NCBI GenBank assembly: GCA_029288895.1
Contig: JARIGK010000001.1
Span: 1,446-65,445, forward strand
Source: Candidatus Adlerbacteria bacterium
GTDB taxonomy: Bacteria; Patescibacteriota; Minisyncoccia; Phycocordibacterales; SBAW01
Direction of reading: 5' to 3'
DNA: 64,000 bases
Position numbers and translations under genes: made by a program. This document shows, one piece after another, positions 16,491-26,873 of the stretch; positions within the stretch are counted from its first letter, which is position 1, and each line of letters starts with the position of its first letter. Below the pieces are notes generated by a model. It was not told where the DNA came from, made no database searches, and worked only from the letters and a program-made list of their open reading frames with translations.

Positions 16491-17600
16491 ATGCTCGAAA
16501 AGAAGAAAATCCTTATTTTGAGCCTCGCATACTACCCTCATGTAGGTGGGGCGGAGGTTGCTATCAAAGAGATTACCGACCGAATTTCTGACATCGAATT
16601 CCACATGGTAACGATGCGCTTTTCGCCATCCGAACTGGCACAAGAACAAATCGGGAACATACTCGTGCATCGAATAGGGAATGGTAGTTCGATGCTCGAT
16701 AAATTCTTCTTCCAACTTCGTGCAGCACCATTCGCATCAGCATTACATCGCCAACATACGTACGATGCCGTGTGGGCGATGATGGCGCACTCGGCGGGTG
16801 TGCCCGCAGCATTGTTCAAGCAATCACATCCAGATGTGCCGTTGCTTCTTACACTTCAAGAAGGTGACCCGCCAAAACACATTGAGCGCACGATGGTGCC
16901 ATTGTGGCCACTCTTCACGCGCGCGTTCACAAAGGCCGACCGCGTACAAACAATTTCCAATTTCTTGGGTGTATGGGCACGAGCGCGCCACTTCAAGGGC
17001 CCGCTTATTGTCATACCAAACGGTGTTGATCTTCTGCATTTTGCAGGTGCATCTATTCCGCACGAGGGGACGGTGCTTGTGACAGCGTCGCGCTTGGTCC
17101 ACAAAAATGCAGTCGACGATATCATTCGCGCACTCAAACTTCTGCCTGACGTTCGCCTTTGTATTGCGGGCACTGGTAAGGAAGAATCTGCGCTTCGCAT
17201 GTTGGCACGTAGAGAGGGTGTAGAGCAGCGCATCGAGTTTATAGGCCACGTCGACCACGCACAGTTGCCAAACGTTTTGCACGCGTCCGATATCTTCATC
17301 CGTCCGTCGCGCTCGGAAGGTATGGGCAATGCATTTATCGAAGCGATGGCGGCGGGCATCCCAGTTATTGGCACCGCTGTTGGTGGTATCCCTGACTTTC
17401 TGCACGACAACGAAACTGGTTTTGTTGTCGAAGTAAATAATCCAAAAAGTATTGCCGCTGCAGTCCAAAAAATCATTTCTGACAAAACAAACACGGCGCG
17501 CATTGTCCAGAATGCAATGCAGCTTTCAAAGGAGTACGATTGGAATATTGTGGCAGAGCGGATGGAAAAGGAAGCGTTTGAACCTCTATGGCAAAAGTAA
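16491..17600 (+). CDS. GT4 glycosyltransferase
   Basis: PHVGGAE, IPNGVD, SRLVHKNAVD, PSRSEGMGNAFIEAMAAGIPVI. Confidence 0.93.
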   Translation: MLEKKKILILSLAYYPHVGGAEVAIKEITDRISDIEFHMVTMRFSPSELAQEQIGNILVHRIGNGSSMLDKFFFQLRAAPFASALHRQHTYDAVWAMMAHSAGVPAALFKQSHPDVPLLLTLQEGDPPKHIERTMVPLWPLFTRAFTKADRVQTISNFLGVWARARHFKGPLIVIPNGVDLLHFAGASIPHEGTVLVTASRLVHKNAVDDIIRALKLLPDVRLCIAGTGKEESALRMLARREGVEQRIEFIGHVDHAQLPNVLHASDIFIRPSRSEGMGNAFIEAMAAGIPVIGTAVGGIPDFLHDNETGFVVEVNNPKSIAAAVQKIISDKTNTARIVQNAMQLSKEYDWNIVAERMEKEAFEPLWQK

Positions 17601-18703
17601 TTTGTATTGCCACACCGCTCTATGCGCCGCAAATCGGCGGCCCTGCGACTCATGTCGCATTGCTTGAGCATGAACTTCCAAAAGAGGAGTTTGAACTGCG
17701 TATCGTGAAGTTTTCTGATGTGTTGCGCTTGCCCAAAGCACTTCGCCATATCGTGTACTTTTTTTCTGTACTTCATCATGCAAAAGATGCAGATTTCGTC
17801 TATGCGCTTGACCCGGTGAGCGTGGGGTTGCCCGCGTTGTTGGCAGCACGCGTGCGCGGCAAAAAAATGCTGCTGCGCGTTGGCGGCGACTACGCATGGG
17901 AGCAGGGGACGCAGCGCTTTGGTGTGGAAGAAACGCTTGATGAGTTTGTGACGCATCGACAGTCTTCACGCAGCGTCCGCCTTTTGCAATGGGTACAGAA
18001 TTTTGTTGCGCGCCGCGCCGCGCTTGTAATCGCACCAAGCGAATATTTGAGCGGCATAATACGAACGTGGGGAGTACACCAGAAAAACATTCGCGTTGTC
18101 TATAGCCAGCCAGAACTTTCTGCGGCGCACATCTCGCGCAGCGAAGCGCGCAAGAAACTAAATATTCACGAAGACGAAGAGCTCGTACTGTCGGCCGGGC
18201 GCCTCGTGCCGTGGAAAGGCTACGAAGGCCTTATCGATGCCGTGGCATTGGTGCGGCAGGAGCGTGCAGCGCGCCTCTATATCGCAGGCGATGGCCCGTA
18301 TCGAGCCGCTGTGGAGGCGCATATCAACAAACAGAATGCTGCTGAGTATGTCACATTGCTTGGGCAGCTGCCGCAGCAAGAATTGGCGCTGTGGATTGCA
18401 GCCGCTGATATGTTTGTGCTTAACACGCGCTACGAAGGGCTCTCGCACGTATTGCTCGAGGCGTTTGCCGTGGGCACACCCGTTATTACTACGCCAGTGG
18501 GCGGCAACCACGAGCTTGTGGAGGATGGTTCGACCGGCCTGCTTGTACGCTACAACGATATTCCGCTGCTCGCATCTGCTATACTTCGCCTGTTCAAGAA
18601 TAGAGATATGGCAATCGCCCTCGCGGGCCGTGCCCATGAATCGCTCGAGAAATTTTCTCCCGAGCGCGCGATAGGGCAGCTTCGTTCAATTTTCTTATCA
18701 TGA
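17588..18703 (+). CDS. GT4 glycosyltransferase
   Basis: PQIGGPAT, AGRLVPWKG, YEGLSHVLLEAFAVGTPVI. Confidence 0.93.
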   Translation: MAKVICIATPLYAPQIGGPATHVALLEHELPKEEFELRIVKFSDVLRLPKALRHIVYFFSVLHHAKDADFVYALDPVSVGLPALLAARVRGKKMLLRVGGDYAWEQGTQRFGVEETLDEFVTHRQSSRSVRLLQWVQNFVARRAALVIAPSEYLSGIIRTWGVHQKNIRVVYSQPELSAAHISRSEARKKLNIHEDEELVLSAGRLVPWKGYEGLIDAVALVRQERAARLYIAGDGPYRAAVEAHINKQNAAEYVTLLGQLPQQELALWIAAADMFVLNTRYEGLSHVLLEAFAVGTPVITTPVGGNHELVEDGSTGLLVRYNDIPLLASAILRLFKNRDMAIALAGRAHESLEKFSPERAIGQLRSIFLS

Positions 18704-19581
18704 AGGTATTGATGATCACAGGGGATGCTCGTTTTGGGCCCGGTAACCCGCGCTTTGACCTACAAAAATCAGCAGTAGGCCAGCTCTCCGTGTTGTATTG
18801 GGGCCGAGGCAATATACTCCCGCGCATCCCGCACGGTGTGTTTGATATTGTCACCGCACAAGACCCGTTTATGCGCGGACACTTAGCGTGGCATATTGCA
18901 CTGTTAAAAGATGCCCGCCTCAACATTCAGGTCCATACCGATTTGGATGCGCAGCCGTGGTGGAAGCGCCTCTTCGCTGCGTTCCAGTTGCGTCGTGCAC
19001 ACTCGGTGCGTGTTGTGTCAGAAAAAATAAAACAGCAAGTACTTGCACTGGCGCCGCATGCGAAGGTGTCGGTGCTGCCAGTGTTTATTGATACAGAGTC
19101 GTTCGCGCGCATGGCACACGTGGAAGATACAGAAAAGGTGGTGCTGTGGGTGGGCCGGTTCGAATCAGAAAAAGATCCGCTTGCGGCGCTCGACGTGATG
19201 CAGGATGTCAAAGGCGCAAAGCTTGTCATGTTGGGTGCAGGAAGTTTGGAGCAGCCGCTGCGGGCGGCGTCACGTGGGATGGCTGTCGAATTTGCGCCAT
19301 GGCAAGACCCAAAGCCTTTTTTGGCCAAGGCTGATGTTGTGCTCTCTACGTCACGCCACGAGAGTTATGGTGCATCTATTATCGAGGCGCTCGCGGCAGG
19401 CGTACCTGTAGTGGCGCCCGACGTTGGTGTTGCAAAAGAAGCGGGGGCACACGTCGTGCCGCGCAACCAATTGGCGCGAGGCGTAGTTTCATTGCTTGAG
19501 AGCGGCGAACGCGGCCATTTATTACTTGATATGCCTACTGCTGAAGAATGGAAACAACAATGGCTCGAAACCCTTCGTTAA
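18700..19581 (+). CDS. GT4 glycosyltransferase
   Basis: VGRFESEKD, SRHESYGASIIEALAAGVPVV. Confidence 0.9.
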   Translation: MKVLMITGDARFGPGNPRFDLQKSAVGQLSVLYWGRGNILPRIPHGVFDIVTAQDPFMRGHLAWHIALLKDARLNIQVHTDLDAQPWWKRLFAAFQLRRAHSVRVVSEKIKQQVLALAPHAKVSVLPVFIDTESFARMAHVEDTEKVVLWVGRFESEKDPLAALDVMQDVKGAKLVMLGAGSLEQPLRAASRGMAVEFAPWQDPKPFLAKADVVLSTSRHESYGASIIEALAAGVPVVAPDVGVAKEAGAHVVPRNQLARGVVSLLESGERGHLLLDMPTAEEWKQQWLETLR

Positions 19582-20570
19582 CAAAACGTACAGGGCCCGT
19601 GCTTGTAACCGGCGCTGCTGGTTTTATTGGCTATTCTGTATGCGACGCGCTCCTTCAGCGCGGGGAGCGCGTTATTGGGTTTGACGCGCTTACTCCCTAC
19701 AACGACCCGGCGCTCAAAAAGAAGCGTTTGAGTTTTTTGCAGGCGCACAAGAATTTTTCTTTTGTAAAAGGAGATCTTTCAAAAAGTGACACATTCCTTT
19801 CGCTCGTGAAAAAAGAAAAACCGCGCGCCATCATCCACTTGGCCGCGCAGGCAGGAGTCCGGTATAGCCAAGAAAATCCGCAGTCGTATATAGATTCCAA
19901 TATCACAGGGAGTCTTGCTGTATTTGAAGCCGCGCGGTTATTTGGCACACCAATCGTATACGCATCGTCGAGCTCAGTGTATGGCGACCGCGGAGGCGTG
20001 TTTAGAGAAACGGACAGAACGGATTCGCAGTCATCGCTCTACGCTGCCACGAAAAAAAGTACAGAGATTATTGCCGAAAATTATTACAACCTCTACCGTA
20101 TACCGCTTGTGGGGTTGCGCTTCTTTACCGTATATGGCCCATGGATGCGCACAGACTTGGCGATGTTTTCGTTTGCGCGCAAATTGCTGCTTGGCAAGGA
20201 AATACCATTGTTTGCCAATGGAAAGGGTAAGCGCAGCTATACGCACATATCGTTTGTAGTGGAAGGAGTACTTCGTGCGCTCGACCGCATGAAAGGAGGG
20301 CATACTATATATAACCTCGGTGAGGAGCGCACAGTCGAAACAAACCGCATGCTCGCATTGCTTTCAAAAGAATTCGGTGTAGCTGCAAAAACAAAACTTC
20401 TGCCGCCGCAAAAAGGTGATGTGATGATGACGCGTGCGTCAGGTGCAAAAGCAAAACGTGAGCTCGGGGTTTCATCAAAGATGCAACTTGAGCAAGGCGT
20501 TAAAGAATTTGCCATGTGGTTCCGTGAGAATGAGAAATTCTTACTCTCACTCAAGGATATGCACAGCTAG
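19560..20570 (+). CDS. NAD-dependent epimerase (UDP-glucuronate 4-epimerase-like)
   Basis: VTGAAGFIG, HLAAQAGVRYS, ASSSSVYG, YAATKK, LRFFTVYGPW; start could be 19548. Confidence 0.92.
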   Translation: MARNPSLTKRTGPVLVTGAAGFIGYSVCDALLQRGERVIGFDALTPYNDPALKKKRLSFLQAHKNFSFVKGDLSKSDTFLSLVKKEKPRAIIHLAAQAGVRYSQENPQSYIDSNITGSLAVFEAARLFGTPIVYASSSSVYGDRGGVFRETDRTDSQSSLYAATKKSTEIIAENYYNLYRIPLVGLRFFTVYGPWMRTDLAMFSFARKLLLGKEIPLFANGKGKRSYTHISFVVEGVLRALDRMKGGHTIYNLGEERTVETNRMLALLSKEFGVAAKTKLLPPQKGDVMMTRASGAKAKRELGVSSKMQLEQGVKEFAMWFRENEKFLLSLKDMHS

Positions 20571-20571
20571 T

Positions 20572-21459
20572 ATGAAATTACTGATTTGCACGCAAGCTGT
20601 TGACCTTAATGACCCGATTCTCGGATTCTTTGTGCGATGGTTGGAAGAATTTGCAAAGCACTGCGAAACAGTAGACGTTATCTGTTTGCGAAAAGGAGAG
20701 TACGCGCTTCCACAAAACGTATCAGTGCACTCGCTCGGCACAGGCGGCAAACTTCCCCGTGCAATTCGTCTTTTGAGCCTTTCGGCAAAACTTCGCAATC
20801 ACTATACCCATGTGTTTGTACATATGAACCCCGAGTATCTCGTCGCTGCTGGCTGGTACTGGCGCCTCCGAGAGAAGAAGACAGCGTTATGGTACACGCA
20901 CAAAAACGTTGATACTAAACTTCGTATTGCAGAAAAATTCGCGGATGTAATTTTTACGGCATCGAAAGAAAGTTTTAGATTACCAAGTAAAAAAGTGCAG
21001 GTTGTAGGCCATGGCATTGATACGGAATTTTTCTGCCCCGACGCATCGGTGGCTCGCGAAGCGTGGGTACTTTCTGTCGGCCGACTAACCAAGAGCAAGC
21101 GCCACGATTTGGCGATAGAACATGCGCATAATGCTGGCAAAGAACTCCGTATTGCAGGCGATGGTCCGGAGCGCTCAGCGCTCGAAGTCTATGCACAAAC
21201 GCTGGGTGCTCAGGTGCAATTTTTGGGTGGCTTGAATCAAGTGCAGTTGCGCGATCTGTATCGGAAGGCGTCGTACATGATCCATACAAGTGAGACGGGG
21301 AGCTTGGACAAAGTGACGCTTGAGGCTGTGGCGTGCGGCTGCCCCATACGAACCAATGATCCGGCGCTCAAGTTTTTGGAAAAGGAAACACCCGAGTATG
21401 TGCAAACAAACCATTCGCTCGAACGCCTCATCCCTCGTATACTTTCGTTACTCGTATGA
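20572..21459 (+). CDS. GT4 glycosyltransferase
   Basis: GHGIDT, VGRLTKSKR, SETGSLDKVTLEAVACGCP; start MKLLIC at 20572. Confidence 0.9.
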   Translation: MKLLICTQAVDLNDPILGFFVRWLEEFAKHCETVDVICLRKGEYALPQNVSVHSLGTGGKLPRAIRLLSLSAKLRNHYTHVFVHMNPEYLVAAGWYWRLREKKTALWYTHKNVDTKLRIAEKFADVIFTASKESFRLPSKKVQVVGHGIDTEFFCPDASVAREAWVLSVGRLTKSKRHDLAIEHAHNAGKELRIAGDGPERSALEVYAQTLGAQVQFLGGLNQVQLRDLYRKASYMIHTSETGSLDKVTLEAVACGCPIRTNDPALKFLEKETPEYVQTNHSLERLIPRILSLLV

Positions 21460-22085
21460 CCTACGCGCCTCAAGTCGATAGACGTCATTATGAAGGTTCG
21501 GCATATCGCTCAAGCGAGCGGTGGATGTCGTACTGGCATCAGCTTGAGCTTGTCCGTGCACAAAAGCCAGCCTCAGTACTCGAGGTTGGGGTAGGTGAAG
21601 GTGTGGTTGCGGAGCGCCTCAAGGCCGATGGCGCTGCAGTAACAACAATCGACATTGCAGAAGATCTGCATCCGGACGTTGTTGGGTCTGTCACCGCGAT
21701 GCCATTTGGCGACAATTCGTTCGACCTTGTGCTTGCTGCTGAAATTTTGGAACATATCGAGTGGAAGGATGTACCGCAGGCGCTATCGGAAATTGCACGC
21801 GTGTCCAAATCGCACGCAGTCATTTCCATCCCGCACCCAGGCTGGGTATTTTCTGCTATCGTCAAAATTCCTCTGTTTTCACGATTCGAACTGTTTTTCC
21901 AAATCCCATTTTTCTGGAAGAGCCACGAATTTAATGGCGAGCACTATTGGGAGCTGGGCAAAAATGGATACCAAATAAAAGAGTTCTTGAAGCGAGCCCA
22001 TGCCGCAGGCCTAGAGCTTGTTGTCTATAAAAAACATGCAGATGACCCGGCGCACCGGTTTTTTGTATTCGAGAAACGCGCATGA
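21456..22085 (+). CDS. class I SAM-dependent methyltransferase
   Basis: VLEVGVGEG, MPFGDNSFDLVLAAEILEH. Confidence 0.92.
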   Translation: MTYAPQVDRRHYEGSAYRSSERWMSYWHQLELVRAQKPASVLEVGVGEGVVAERLKADGAAVTTIDIAEDLHPDVVGSVTAMPFGDNSFDLVLAAEILEHIEWKDVPQALSEIARVSKSHAVISIPHPGWVFSAIVKIPLFSRFELFFQIPFFWKSHEFNGEHYWELGKNGYQIKEFLKRAHAAGLELVVYKKHADDPAHRFFVFEKRA

Positions 22086-23179
22086 AGATAGCCTACGTCG
22101 CAAATATCCGGTTTCCCACAGAGAAAGCGCACGGCATCCAAATTGCGAAAGCGTGCGAGGCACTCGCAAAAGCGGGGGAGGAAGTTGTGCTGCTCGTGCC
22201 GTCGCGGCACACTGATATACAGGAGCCTGCACTGCAGTACTACGGCATTAAAGAGTCGTTCCGTATCCAGTATGTTGCATCGGCTGACACGGCCTCGTGG
22301 GGCAAGCTTGGGTTTTGGCTACAGTCGCTATTGTTTGCGCTTTCTGTGCGTGTACATCTGCGCGATATAGAACCAGACGTCGTCTACGGGCGCGACGAAC
22401 TTGTGCTCTCCATACTTTCTCTGTGTGGCGTCACAAAAATTTTCTGGGAATCGCACGACGGCACCTGGAACATCGCATCCCGTTACATCGCAAAGCGTAT
22501 GGAAGGTGTGGTCGTTGTGTCTCGAGGCTTGAAAGCGCTGTACGAGCGTTTGGGTATTGCAGCAGAAAACATTTGCGCTGTGCCAAACGGCATCGACATG
22601 GCCGCATTCTCTGCGGTGGAAACAAAAGAGATCGCTCGCGAGAGGCTCCATCTTCCGCAGGATAAAAAAATTGCACTCTACATTGGCCGGCTCGATGGGT
22701 GGAAGGGGAGCGAGACGCTTCTTGAAGCGTCTAGGTTTCTTCCCGAAGATTTTTCTGTCGCCATAATTGGCGGCGAACTTGCGCAGATAGAAACACTCAA
22801 GAAAAAATATCCGGGCGTGCTGTTCTTGGGCTATAGGCCCTACAGCGAGCTCGCTAACAACCAAGCCGCAGCAGATGTCCTAGTGGTGCCAAACACTGCC
22901 AAAGACAAAGTCTCTGTTAGCTATACGTCGCCGCTCAAACTTATTGCACACATGGCGTCGCACAGGCCTATCGTCGCCTCCGACCTCCCAAGTATCCGCG
23001 AATTGGTCGACGACACATCCGCTGTCCTTGTTGCCCCAGACAGCCCACAGGCGCTTGCCGATGGCATACAGAAGGCCTATGGCAATACAGAGGTCGCTGA
23101 AGCGGCCTTTCAGAGGGCAGCGTCCCTCGACTGGCAGGCCCGAGCAAAAACTATTCTTTCGTTCCTTGCTTCGAAATAA
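22082..23179 (+). CDS. GT4 glycosyltransferase
   Basis: VPNGID, YIGRLDGWKG, SPLKLIAHMASHRPIVASDLP. Confidence 0.92.
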   Translation: MKIAYVANIRFPTEKAHGIQIAKACEALAKAGEEVVLLVPSRHTDIQEPALQYYGIKESFRIQYVASADTASWGKLGFWLQSLLFALSVRVHLRDIEPDVVYGRDELVLSILSLCGVTKIFWESHDGTWNIASRYIAKRMEGVVVVSRGLKALYERLGIAAENICAVPNGIDMAAFSAVETKEIARERLHLPQDKKIALYIGRLDGWKGSETLLEASRFLPEDFSVAIIGGELAQIETLKKKYPGVLFLGYRPYSELANNQAAADVLVVPNTAKDKVSVSYTSPLKLIAHMASHRPIVASDLPSIRELVDDTSAVLVAPDSPQALADGIQKAYGNTEVAEAAFQRAASLDWQARAKTILSFLASK

Positions 23180-23182
23180 TAC

Positions 23183-24097
23183 CTACCATGGGTAGATAGT
23201 GCGGAAGGGGTTACGCTTCCAGCGCTTGAGCGAATGCATATCTTTGTACCCAATCGCATTCTGCGAGAAGTGATTCAAGACAGGAATGTAGGTATATATA
23301 CGGTCAGGAATATTACGAAGGAGAGGTTTGAAATATCGTAATAGTGTATACAACTCAGCGTAGACAAGTTCTTTCTTTGAAACGTGTGCGCGTAACCATG
23401 CACGGTACTGCGCAGCGCTGTCGTAGTACTGCTTTGGATTTTTAACGCCGTTTGCGCTTGGTGTTTTTCTATACGCACCAAGCACTGTGTTTACGTGCCA
23501 CATGCGGGCGCCTGCAGCAAAGAAGTGGCACCAAAGCCCATAGTCTGCAGCCCAGCCAAGGCCGTAGTCCCATTTGCCTCCGGCGCGTTCAAACAAACTG
23601 CGGCGCCAAAAAGTTGATTCTGCCTGTACATTCCATGGCACATGGATGAGGTGTTCGTGCAGGTCTTTTCGCACGGGCGCGATTGAAATAATTTCACCGG
23701 TTTCGTTTACAACCGTTGTGATGCCACTGATCCATTCGACGTCTTTGTACTCTGCAAAAATGCGGCCAATAGTAAAGAGACTGCCTGGCAGCAACAGGCC
23801 TTTGTCGGTGATGTGCCCAACGATTTCGCCTTTTGCTTTTGAGAATCCATACTCAAGTTGCGGCTGGGCAGAGGTCGCGTGGATATTCATATTCTCGTAA
23901 TACCCCAGCTTGTCTTTATAGCTTTCGATAATCCCCCAACTTCCATCAGTCGATGCGTCATCAATGACCACCAAATCAATGTTCGGGTATCCTTGCGACA
24001 GCACAGATTCGATCGCTTGGCGTATAAACGGCGCTCGATTGTGGGAGGGGATTACGATTGAAATTGTTGGCAGGGGCTCCATATTACTGTTTTCCAT
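23183..24097 (-). CDS. GT2 glycosyltransferase
   Basis: ISIVIPSHN, AIESVLSQ, VIDDASTDGS. Confidence 0.92.
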   Translation of the reverse strand: MENSNMEPLPTISIVIPSHNRAPFIRQAIESVLSQGYPNIDLVVIDDASTDGSWGIIESYKDKLGYYENMNIHATSAQPQLEYGFSKAKGEIVGHITDKGLLLPGSLFTIGRIFAEYKDVEWISGITTVVNETGEIISIAPVRKDLHEHLIHVPWNVQAESTFWRRSLFERAGGKWDYGLGWAADYGLWCHFFAAGARMWHVNTVLGAYRKTPSANGVKNPKQYYDSAAQYRAWLRAHVSKKELVYAELYTLLRYFKPLLRNIPDRIYTYIPVLNHFSQNAIGYKDMHSLKRWKRNPFRTIYPW

Positions 24098-25109
24098 ATA
24101 GTACCGCTTTTATAAGTATCTGGGACACAACTTCGTGCCCGAAGGGTGTTAGGTGTGGGTCGCCTGGCCAGTGAACCGGTGCCGTTGAGCTTGCTGCGTT
24201 AAGTGCGGGCGCCACATCGACCAGAGCTATATTATTCACGCGTGCAAAAGTTTGGAGCGGCACAATGGATGCAGCCTTGAGTGTAGGGAAATTGACGATC
24301 ACCAGGTGCGATTTGTCTGCGTGGGTGTCATGTGCAAGCTGCGAAATAAGTGCGCCTGTTAAGCGCCAGGCGTTCTCTGTGCTCGATGGCGCTTCCTCTG
24401 CTGCCCCAAGTTTCGCCCCAGCAACGCTATTTGCATGGATAAAAAGAATATGGCGTATAAGTTCTGAGTGATCTTTTAAGAAATAGAGAATGCCCGGATA
24501 GAGCGTGGCGCGGTCCGCGAGCCTTTGTGAAATATGAGTTTTGTAACTTTCATCGAGCGATAGAGTTCCGTCTTTGAGTGCAAATGTTGGTGTAAATTGA
24601 TCTTGTCGGAACGCATTGTCGGAAAGGTCGTCGGTGTTGAACCCAAGCACAACCACGTCTGGGTGGTACTGTCTTCCAAAACATTCGTACGCTCGGAGTT
24701 CTTGGCCAGTGCTCCAGCTCGAGACACTCATGCTCATTATTTCAACATTGAGATGTTTTTCGTCTGCCTCTTTTTGGAGACGGCGCCAGAAAATATCTTC
24801 AAACGGTACTTGCAATGCTTCTGTGTACGAGTCGCCTAAAAAGAGTACGCGATAGATGCCGGCTGGTTTTGTTTGCTCGTGTTCAACATCGCGGAAGCCG
24901 ATTGAATTGATCGAGACAGGGATGCGGCCCATTGGCCCACCAGCGTAGCCGCGGGCGTCTGGGATGCCTTTGTATCCTACGCAGGAATCCAGAGTTATAA
25001 GAGGTGCTGGGTTCAAATGAAGCACGCGCGCACCCAATTCCCCAAACACAAAAACAAGAATGCATACGCCAAGCGCAAATACAGCCGTTCGCATATATTC
25101 GCGCTTCAT
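24084..25109 (-). CDS. membrane-anchored SGNH/GDSL hydrolase-family protein
   Basis: N-terminal TM, INSIGFRD, LGDSYT, DPHLTPFGH. Confidence 0.88.
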   Translation of the reverse strand: MKREYMRTAVFALGVCILVFVFGELGARVLHLNPAPLITLDSCVGYKGIPDARGYAGGPMGRIPVSINSIGFRDVEHEQTKPAGIYRVLFLGDSYTEALQVPFEDIFWRRLQKEADEKHLNVEIMSMSVSSWSTGQELRAYECFGRQYHPDVVVLGFNTDDLSDNAFRQDQFTPTFALKDGTLSLDESYKTHISQRLADRATLYPGILYFLKDHSELIRHILFIHANSVAGAKLGAAEEAPSSTENAWRLTGALISQLAHDTHADKSHLVIVNFPTLKAASIVPLQTFARVNNIALVDVAPALNAASSTAPVHWPGDPHLTPFGHEVVSQILIKAVLYGKQ

Positions 25110-25139
25110 GTTGGGGCTATTATGCCCTACAATACCCCC

Positions 25140-26198
25140 ATGTTAAAGGTTGGGTATCTCTTCACGGGTTGGCGTACGCCCCACCTAGAAAAGGTCAAAC
25201 AGGGCCTAGAACAGGGGAATGGTTTTTGGGGGATGCTTCGGCTTCACTCCTTTAATGTCGACGCTTCACACATCGAATTAGAGCAATTCTATCCGATGTT
25301 CTTGGCACGATTTTTACGCAAACACCTCAGTGTGAATTGGGTGCATTTGCCCACATACCTAGCATTTTTTAGGTACGATATTATTTTCTCATCGACTGGG
25401 TACGGAACGCAGCTCGTACATACCTTGCTTCATATCAAGAGGCCGAAATGGGTCATGCACGACTTTAGCATCATGGGCACCATAGGGAATGAACAGACAT
25501 TCAAACAGAAGCTCTATGCGTGGATGGTTGCGCGCTGTGCGGGCATCGTCACTATTAGCAAAAAAGAAAAGCAACTTTTGGAAGAGAAATTTCCGAATTT
25601 GCGCGGCCGTGTCGAATTTATTCCCTATGGTGTCGATCTTGATTATTTCAAGCCGTCAGGCGCACTCGGCGAAGGTGCGATCTTTTCACCGGGCCGTGAC
25701 CCCGACCGTGATTTAAAACTTTTGTTTCAGGCAACAGAAGGGTTAGGTAAAGAAGTGATCATTACGACGCGTGAATCGCGTTTGGAAGCGCTTAAGCCTC
25801 TACCTGCGCACGTTGTACACAAGACATTCTCTGTGCCGGAACTAAAAGCTGCATATGATGATGCATCTGTTGTTGTTATACCGCTCGACACATCCTCAGG
25901 GCTCAACAATGAAATGGGTATCTCCGCGGTGTATGAAGCGCTGTCGATGGGTAAGGCTATTGTTGCCTCGCGCTCGCAGGGCATGGAAGCCTATATCGAA
26001 GAGGGCGTAAACGGTTTGCTCGTGCCGCAGCACGACGAGGCCGCTATGCGGCAAGCTATTTCACGCCTGCTGAATGACAAAGAGTTGCGCGAACGCTTGG
26101 GCAAAAACGCACGCGTGTTTGTAGAAGAGCATTTAAATCCTGATAGATGCACAGAGCGTCTCGCACAATTTTTCCAAAAAATTAGCGAACAAAAATAG
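25140..26198 (+). CDS. GT4 glycosyltransferase
   Basis: IPYGVD, GISAVYEALSMGKAIVAS, GVNGLLVP; start MLKVGY preferred. Confidence 0.9.
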   Translation: MLKVGYLFTGWRTPHLEKVKQGLEQGNGFWGMLRLHSFNVDASHIELEQFYPMFLARFLRKHLSVNWVHLPTYLAFFRYDIIFSSTGYGTQLVHTLLHIKRPKWVMHDFSIMGTIGNEQTFKQKLYAWMVARCAGIVTISKKEKQLLEEKFPNLRGRVEFIPYGVDLDYFKPSGALGEGAIFSPGRDPDRDLKLLFQATEGLGKEVIITTRESRLEALKPLPAHVVHKTFSVPELKAAYDDASVVVIPLDTSSGLNNEMGISAVYEALSMGKAIVASRSQGMEAYIEEGVNGLLVPQHDEAAMRQAISRLLNDKELRERLGKNARVFVEEHLNPDRCTERLAQFFQKISEQK

Positions 26199-26871
26199 AG
26201 TCCTGATAGAGCAGTTCACCGTTTTTTGGGTTGCGGTGTTCACTTGCCGCACCGCGGTACAAAAAGCCCAGGGCTTTCAATTGGTCGTGGATGTCGCCAA
26301 AGAGCGGCTGGCCTTCGTATAGTTCAACAAACGATGTTTCGATAAGAACGAGCGATGCGCGTTTGAATGTCTCTGTGCCTCCGCGAATGACAGCGTCTTC
26401 AAATCCTTGCACATCAATTTTGATCATCATATTTCCATGGATATGTGCGTCTCTCATAACCTCATCGAGGCGCGCTACCGTAATAGTTTCTTTCTGCATC
26501 CCTGCAGTTTTAGGGTAGAGATCCTTATGGAGTTTTGCCATCGTACGAAGTGATGATGAGGGGTGGAAGCTGCTACGCTGCATCTCCATTTCACCTGCGC
26601 TGTCGCCAAGCGCGACCTGCATCGCGTGCATGTGCGGATTGTTAATAAATGCGTTTTTGAGTGTGGCAAAGCAGTCGGGGAGTGGCTCGAATGCGTACAC
26701 CTCGGCATCGGGTAGATGGGCGAATATTTCTTTTGAGAACTCACCGTTGTTAGCGCCAATGTCCAGTACGGTTTTGATATGCATCGGCAGTACAGCTGTA
26801 TCCCAAAACGAATAGTAGCGGCGTACATCATAGCCATACTTCCGCAAGAATTGTTTTACGCGCATCAACAT
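26182..26871 (-). CDS. FkbM family methyltransferase
   Basis: VLDIGANNG, YAFEP, IKIDVQGFE. Confidence 0.93.
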   Translation of the reverse strand: MLMRVKQFLRKYGYDVRRYYSFWDTAVLPMHIKTVLDIGANNGEFSKEIFAHLPDAEVYAFEPLPDCFATLKNAFINNPHMHAMQVALGDSAGEMEMQRSSFHPSSSLRTMAKLHKDLYPKTAGMQKETITVARLDEVMRDAHIHGNMMIKIDVQGFEDAVIRGGTETFKRASLVLIETSFVELYEGQPLFGDIHDQLKALGFLYRGAASEHRNPKNGELLYQDSIFVR

Positions 26872-26873
26872 AC